Assembly: GCF_009834535.1 (NCBI RefSeq)
Contig: NC_045696.1
Span: 69,070,001-69,134,000, forward strand
Source of the DNA: Camelus ferus
Taxonomy: Eukaryota
Direction: 5' to 3'
DNA length: 64,000 bases
In this document: positions 59,801 to 64,000 of the stretch, piece after piece
Layout of the letters: every line of letters starts with the position of its first letter
Position numbering within the stretch: position 1 is the stretch's first letter
Position numbers and translations under genes: made by a program
The notes under the pieces: generated by a model
What the model saw: only the letters and a program-made list of their open reading frames with translations
Told to the model about the DNA's origin: nothing
Databases searched by the model: none

Positions 59801-62109
59801 GGAAAGCCTGGCATGCTCTGCGGAGAAGAAGAAGCCTGGGAACCTCCCACACACTCACAGCTTGTGCAGAGTCTTTGTAGTCACATTCCTGCCACGTTTT
59901 GTCACTTTGAACAGGACAGTCGCCCTCCTTGATTTGGTACTTGAAGGAATAAAATGTGTCAGGATTATCCTGAAAAACAGCAACCAAAAGGGATCATCTG
60001 ACCCAAGAGCAAATTATTCGAGTAGGACCTGGGGCAGTTACAAATATTTGATCCTGATTTGATTCAATGAAGGCAAAAGCATTTATTAAAAATATTGAAA
60101 GTCTATAAATATTTACTTGGAAGAATGTCCATAGTTTACTATTTACAAGTATATATATATTTTAAGTTACAAAGTAGTATCATAGTACTAGCCCATCTTT
60201 GTAGAAACCAATTTATAGGTAAACACACGATTTTTAAAAGTCTGGAAAATTATGCAGCTAAGTTGTTAAAATGTGTGTCTCTCAGCAGTAGGAGTAAAAT
60301 TGTCTTTCACTTTCTACTTTAAACAAACATTCCTGAATTGTCTACTTTTTAAAAAACAAACATATGTTATTTTTTCAATTAGAAAATAAACCAGAAACCT
60401 TTTTTCATTAAAAAAGTAATAGTTATCTTTGGATGATGGGATTAATTTTGGGTCATATTAGTATTTTAATTTGCTTTGTTTTGTTATTTATTCTAGCATG
60501 TCATGGAATAATAAGTAAAACTTTAAAGGTGCAAAGGGGCTGAGTTAGATAATCTTTCAGATGCAGCATCCTGGCATGTCGGAGCAGCCAAGGACCTGGG
60601 AAGTGATGATGTCCAGCTTCTCACTTTGTAGGTGAGAGAAAGGGGGCCCCAGGCGGTGAGGCCTGGCTCAGGCAGCGCCCCCACCGTGTAGAGGCGGAGT
60701 CAGCCTGGGTCACAGGCCTCCTGGCTGGAGGGGCTGTGTTCTCACTACAGGATTTGCGTCTAGGAGGTGATGGTTCACACATGATAGTCTCTAATATTCC
60801 TTCCAGGTCTCAGAGTTCAATAAAACCTAAGTGGTCATGGCATACAGCACACAGCAAAGGAAAGGTAAGGAGTGATTCTGTGGACACATTAGAATAAAAA
60901 ACCCCATTTGCTGTGGATGTCAGCCAATAAGGACAACACCAGTAAGCCATTGCTTGAGAACACCAGGACTCACACGACCACACAAGCTTGTGAAACAGAA
61001 AGGCTGGACTTTACTTTCAGAAGAAAAAAGGAAAAACCAACATGTCCCCTGGGCTTTTTCCTTTTTCCTCATAATGTCAAATGGCTGGAATCTTTTTCCA
61101 CCTAAGTAAACAATTGCTTAACTATCACAGAAACATAAAATTTTACAATGAAATTCATTTAAACAACTATGGAAAGACTTGTATTTCTTGAAGTCACACT
61201 CCCTATCAGGATTTGTTTCCATCTTGAGTGCATCAGTCAGTGATAAAAAATACTAAATCCCAAGTGGAAATGGCTGTCACCTTGATGCATTCAGCCATAC
61301 GGACTTCATGGTAGTTATTTCGTCTTATGCAGTAGAGCCAACTTAATCTCACTTCTGAGTCCTCTTAGACCTACCTCCCTTTTCTGTAGCTTAATTGAGG
61401 AATAATTGACAAGTGAAAACTGTATATATTTAAGGTGTACAAAGTGATGAATTGACACACATATACATTGTGTAATGATTACCGTAAATAAGCTAATTAA
61501 CACAAACAAGCTAATTCTCACCACCTTTATTTTTGTGGTGAGAATACTTAAGATCTAGTCTTTTAACAAATTCTGAGTATACAATACAGTATTATTAACT
61601 ATAAATCACTACGCTGTAGTTTACAGCTTCAGGACCTATTCATCTCATAACTGACAGTTTATACACTTTAACCAGCAGCTCCCTATTTTCCCTGCCTCCC
61701 AGTCTCTGGCAATTACCATTCTACTTTCCATGTCTGTGAGTTTGAATTTTTAGATTCCACATGTAAGTGAAATCAGAGTATCTGTTAGATCTGTCCCCTT
61801 GGGCGCTCCCTCCCCACCTGAGGTCTGGGGGTCTTCATATTTCAGTCTAGATTCGGTCACCCAGTAAATCCTCTTGCTGCAGCCTCAGTCCCTGGATTCT
61901 CCTACTCTGTGTAGTCCTTTTCAGACTACTCCATCTACCTTTGTTTCATGTCACCCTAGGACACTGCTTCTCTGATCACCCAGGAAGACAATCTTGGTGA
62001 CCCAAGGATTAGCTATACCCCTGCCTCCACCTGCAAGGCCAGAGAGGGGTGCTGGTCCTTTCTAAGAGATGTAAGCTTCCCTTTGATTATCAGTTCTTTG
62101 GTGATTGGT

Positions 62110-62149
<40 letters not shown>

Positions 62150-62406
62150 CCTGGACTCTGAGTGACAGCACAAATCCCAAATGACTTCAAAGTTAATCAC
62201 AGTTCACTCACCGTCTTCCTGACCTCAGTTACACGATACAATACAAACTGGTTGCCACTTTTGTTTTCACTGTTGTATTTCCTGAGAGCACTGTCCACAG
62301 CCTTAAATACATCCTGGTCGTTGCAGTCAATTTCTTCTGAGAAGGGCTCCTGGGTCAAACTTGGTAGCAGCCTGGAGCAAAGGAAAAGGATGGCGATTAA
62401 TTTCAT
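42076..62406 (-). CDS. KNG1: Kininogen-1, low-molecular-weight isoform, 427 aa
   Basis: Same exons 1-9, then exon 10 to the internal donor (44141-44218, ACT|gtaagt) and exon 11 (42076-42156); total 1284 nt. Confidence 0.93.
42261..42266 (-). terminator. KNG1: KNG1 HMW distal polyadenylation signal
   Basis: AATAAA about 105 nt before the exon 11 acceptor, matching the known kininogen gene layout; further AATAAA at 43064-43069 and 43027-43032. Confidence 0.7.
43409..44218 (-). CDS. KNG1: KNG1 exon 10 (bradykinin at 44177-44203, then the HMW light chain)
   Basis: [33 protein letters not shown]...[11 protein letters not shown]. Confidence 0.97.
   Translation of the reverse strand, partial: TSMMKRPPGFSPFRSVGVNKTEEGKTVSPPHTSMAPVQDEEWDSGKEQRPTHGHGGGHEKRIKHGLGHGHKHEHDQGPEHLKGHGLGHGHQKGHGPAHGHPKGHDPAHGHPKGHGPAHGHKHGHGHGHGKHKNKGKNNGKHNGWRPEHLASFYEDSATSSPQTQEKTEGPPLPSLAQPGAAITLPDFQDSDLIAAVMPNTLPPPTATEDDDWIPEIQIEPNGLSFGLISDFPETTSPKCPGRPWKPVNGVNPTVEMKEFHDFSLSDAVY
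43409..62406 (-). CDS. KNG1: Kininogen-1, high-molecular-weight isoform, 10 exons, 644 aa
   Basis: Exons 62212-62406, 59859-59969, 58339-58423, 53677-53849, 52443-52550, 50979-51063, 49922-50094, 45835-45942, 45636-45722, 43409-44218 total 1935 nt. Signal peptide, three cystatin domains (QVVAG in D2 and D3), bradykinin RPPGFSPFR, His/Gly/Lys-rich D5, D6 DDDWIPEIQ...CPGRPWK. Confidence 0.97.
43861..44040 (-). repeat. KNG1: 30-bp coding tandem repeat (6 units) in KNG1 domain 5
   Basis: gtccatgggctgggccatgtccctttggat occurs three times almost identically (43861-43950), plus three diverged units. Confidence 0.9.
45636..45722 (-). CDS. KNG1: KNG1 exon 9
   Basis: [29 protein letters not shown]. 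Confidence 0.95.
45835..45942 (-). CDS. KNG1: KNG1 exon 8
   Basis: [36 protein letters not shown]. Confidence 0.96.
46306..46471 (-). mobile_element. tRNA-derived SINE (Vic-1-like) in KNG1 intron 7
   Basis: Head and (TAAA)n tail; TSD tagacaattt at 46296-46305 and 46472-46481. Confidence 0.9.
46919..46953. repeat. (GT)n microsatellite
   Basis: Pure run of about 17 units; a second shorter run at 47308-47326. Confidence 0.95.
46952..47307. mobile_element. MaLR solo LTR (MLT1A-like) flanked by (TG)n
   Basis: tgttatgaactgaat...ggtagggcctttgagaggcaattaggtttagatgagg...gcagactaaca. Confidence 0.88.
47475..47644 (-). mobile_element. tRNA-derived SINE (Vic-1-like) in KNG1 intron 7
   Basis: Same head and tail as the other copies. 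Confidence 0.88.
49922..50094 (-). CDS. KNG1: KNG1 exon 7
   Basis: [57 protein letters not shown]. Confidence 0.96.
50979..51063 (-). CDS. KNG1: KNG1 exon 6
   Basis: [28 protein letters not shown]. Confidence 0.95.
52443..52550 (-). CDS. KNG1: KNG1 exon 5
   Basis: [36 protein letters not shown]. Confidence 0.96.
53677..53849 (-). CDS. KNG1: KNG1 exon 4
   Basis: [57 protein letters not shown]. Confidence 0.96.
54836..55433. mobile_element. 5'-inverted L1 insertion: ORF2 piece on -, 3' UTR on +
   Basis: Minus-strand [20 protein letters not shown]...[11 protein letters not shown] joined to a plus-strand L1 3' UTR with A tail; flanks share aatatatt. Confidence 0.85.
56749..57743 (-). mobile_element. 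L1 3' end inserted into a MIR; contains (AC)n at 56824-56862
   Basis: L1 ORF2 C-terminus and 3' UTR motifs; MIR halves on both sides; shared flank tgaactgg. Confidence 0.88.
58339..58423 (-). CDS. KNG1: KNG1 exon 3
   Basis: [28 protein letters not shown]. Confidence 0.95.
58754..59219 (+). mobile_element. ERV1-class solo LTR in KNG1 intron 2 (antisense to the gene)
   Basis: TGTGA...TAACA ends with 4-bp TSD aaac at 58750-58753 and 59220-59223. Confidence 0.85.
59859..59969 (-). CDS. KNG1: KNG1 exon 2
   Basis: [37 protein letters not shown]. Confidence 0.96.
61380..61776 (-). mobile_element. L1MA-type 3' end in KNG1 intron 1
   Basis: ttaattgaggaataattgaca...tgtggtgagaatacttaagatct...tagattccacatgtaagtga. 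Confidence 0.85.
62109..62146. repeat. (TG)n microsatellite
   Basis: About 19 dinucleotide units with one interruption. Confidence 0.95.
62212..62406 (-). CDS. KNG1: KNG1 exon 1 coding part
   Basis: [45 protein letters not shown]...EVRKT|gtgagt. Confidence 0.96.
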
Positions 62407-62636
62407 GATTTAACAGTCTCCCTCTGGGAGTTTCACCAAGAATTGAGAGCCTGATTTAGATGCTGATTTTAACTGTCTTCAGCCTCTGTCTTCTCCTGGC
62501 TCTCCTCTCTCTGCCACAGCTCTGTGAAGCCCTCGTTTTGATTGCTGCTGCCTTGAACTATTTGCCCAATTCCAAAAGGACAAATGGCCCTGCTGGGGTA
62601 TCTAAGCAGATTTTGGGCTGAAATGTTACAACACTC

Positions 62637-62649
62637 GGGTTGTTGACCT
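62637..62649 (-). promoter_or_regulatory. KNG1: IR-1 nuclear receptor element (FXR/RXR) in the KNG1 promoter
   Basis: AGGTCA A CAACCC about 230 nt upstream of the ATG; the human KNG1 promoter is known to carry an FXR IR-1. Confidence 0.7.
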
Positions 62650-62652
62650 GCT

Positions 62653-62710
62653 TGTTTGTATTTGGGGAGCATGTGAGAGCAGAGAGCACATTTCCCAGTG
62701 ATTGCACAAC
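62653..62710. promoter_or_regulatory. KNG1: Hepatic promoter motifs: FOXA-like TGTTTGT (62653), IL-6/STAT-type CTGGGAA (62692-62698, -), C/EBP ATTGCACAAC (62701-62710)
   Basis: Consensus matches clustered next to the IR-1 element. Confidence 0.5.
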
Positions 62711-63444
62711 CTTATCTAGCAAATCAGAGCAGACTCTAATTAAGGAGGAGAAAAAAACACCAACCACCTCTGTTATTCCCTTGTGACTTTCCCAAAGCCA
62801 TTTATGAAGGTCACTGCATGTGACAACAATGCAACAGTGAGTACAGTGTGCAAACACCTTTCAATAAAATTTCTTTGCAGGACAGCTAGCTGCAGAGAAG
62901 CAAGCTGTCGGCCATCATATTGCATGATTGTCGCCACACACAGGGACATAGTGAGTGCTGGGGGTCCCACACCAGGATAGTGGTACAGCTGAAAATAAAT
63001 TATGGACATCCTCTCTGGTCTTGGCTAAGCCAGCCTCTCTCCACTTAATTGCATTAGTTCTAGAAAGGAAAATGCTCCCCAGGGTGGAGGAGAAAGGGGA
63101 GAAGCATTAGATGAGATGGGCTGGGTGAAGCCCTGCACCCCCAGTCCTTGTTTCTGGTTTGTGGATATGGGTGTCTTTCATTACCAAGCCTCAACCACCT
63201 TTTTGATAAGAATCGACCATCTGGGGAGAGGTGGTGTAAGAGTAGCCCCTGGTAGATGTTTTTCCTCAAGTCTTACCTCCCCCCCCCAAAAGATATTTGA
63301 CTACTTTGTTGCTGTTGATAGGGTCTTTAGCTTGGCAGTTCAGTCTCCGTGAGAGCCCCTGGAAAAGCAGGATCAGTGCGGGCTGAATGGTGGCCTTGCA
63401 GTAGAGTGGCGGGAACATGAACTTGGCAATCAGTCCAAGCTCGA

Positions 63445-63615
63445 TTCCCATCTAGCTCTGCTACTTACCTGCTCTGTGATTCTGAACAATTCAGGGTCAT
63501 ATAACCTTTCTGAGCCTCAGTATACTCCTCTGTAAAATGTAGAAAATCATAGTATCTCAATGGATTTTTTGAGCAGTGAATGAGGTAATATATATACAAG
63601 CCTGGTAATTAGTTC
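63445..63615. mobile_element. MIR SINE
   Basis: tagctctgctacttacc...aacctttctgagcctcagt...ctctgtaaaatg core; further MIR copies at about 41270-41400 and 44870-45100. Confidence 0.7.
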
Positions 63616-64000
63616 TTATAAATTAAATCTACATTTAGAGTGGGATGGCTAAGAATCCTTGACTTACTGAAGCTGTTTCAGGTGCATGGTGATGGCAGAA
63701 GGTAGATTCCAGTGTGTGTGTGTATGGGGGTGGGGGCAGGAAAAAAAGCTAAGCATAAAAGGAACTCGTGTGAGTTCATAGGCTGGGAAGAAGGAGGGGC
63801 CTGCAAAGATGGAGAAGCTGGAGCTGGGAGAGTGAGGAGATAGCTGAGAGTGCACAGTCCAGGAGGAGGTGGAAAGGAATACAAGGCTAATCATGGTGGT
63901 GTTGTTAAGTGAAGACTCAAAAACTGTGTTGTCAAACCCAAGTTCATGTGCCCAATGTACTGTGAGCAACCCCCCCACCCCCCACCAAAATGTCAGAGTT

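Overview
Mammalian genomic DNA, most likely a camelid (inferred from seven copies of a tRNA-derived SINE resembling camelid Vic-1). It is syntenic with human 3q27.3, shown reversed. It carries three genes whose exons I spliced by hand. (1) RFC4 (+): 10 coding exons, 1111-11866, 364 aa; the non-coding exon 1 lies upstream of the window. (2) EIF4A2 (-): 11 coding exons, 18108-12551, 407 aa (408 aa via a NAGNAG acceptor). It has a CpG-island/TATA/TOP promoter, five intronic snoRNAs (SNORD2, SNORA63B, SNORA81/miR-1248, SNORA63, SNORA4) and a poison exon in intron 10. (3) KNG1 (-): 62406-42076, giving HMW (644 aa) and LMW (427 aa) kininogen by alternative processing of exon 10, with intact bradykinin. 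RFC4 and EIF4A2 end tail-to-tail with interlocked poly(A) signals. The rest is repeat-rich (L1, L2, MIR, MER, MaLR and ERV1 solo LTRs, SINEs, microsatellites). I found no clearly new gene system. The best leads are RNA-processing switches in EIF4A2 (an AATAAA inside the poison exon, a hairpin-buried intronic AATAAA) and lineage-specific changes in kininogen (a recently homogenised 30-bp His-rich coding repeat and an N-glycosylation sequon next to bradykinin). Family names rest on recalled sequences, not database searches.
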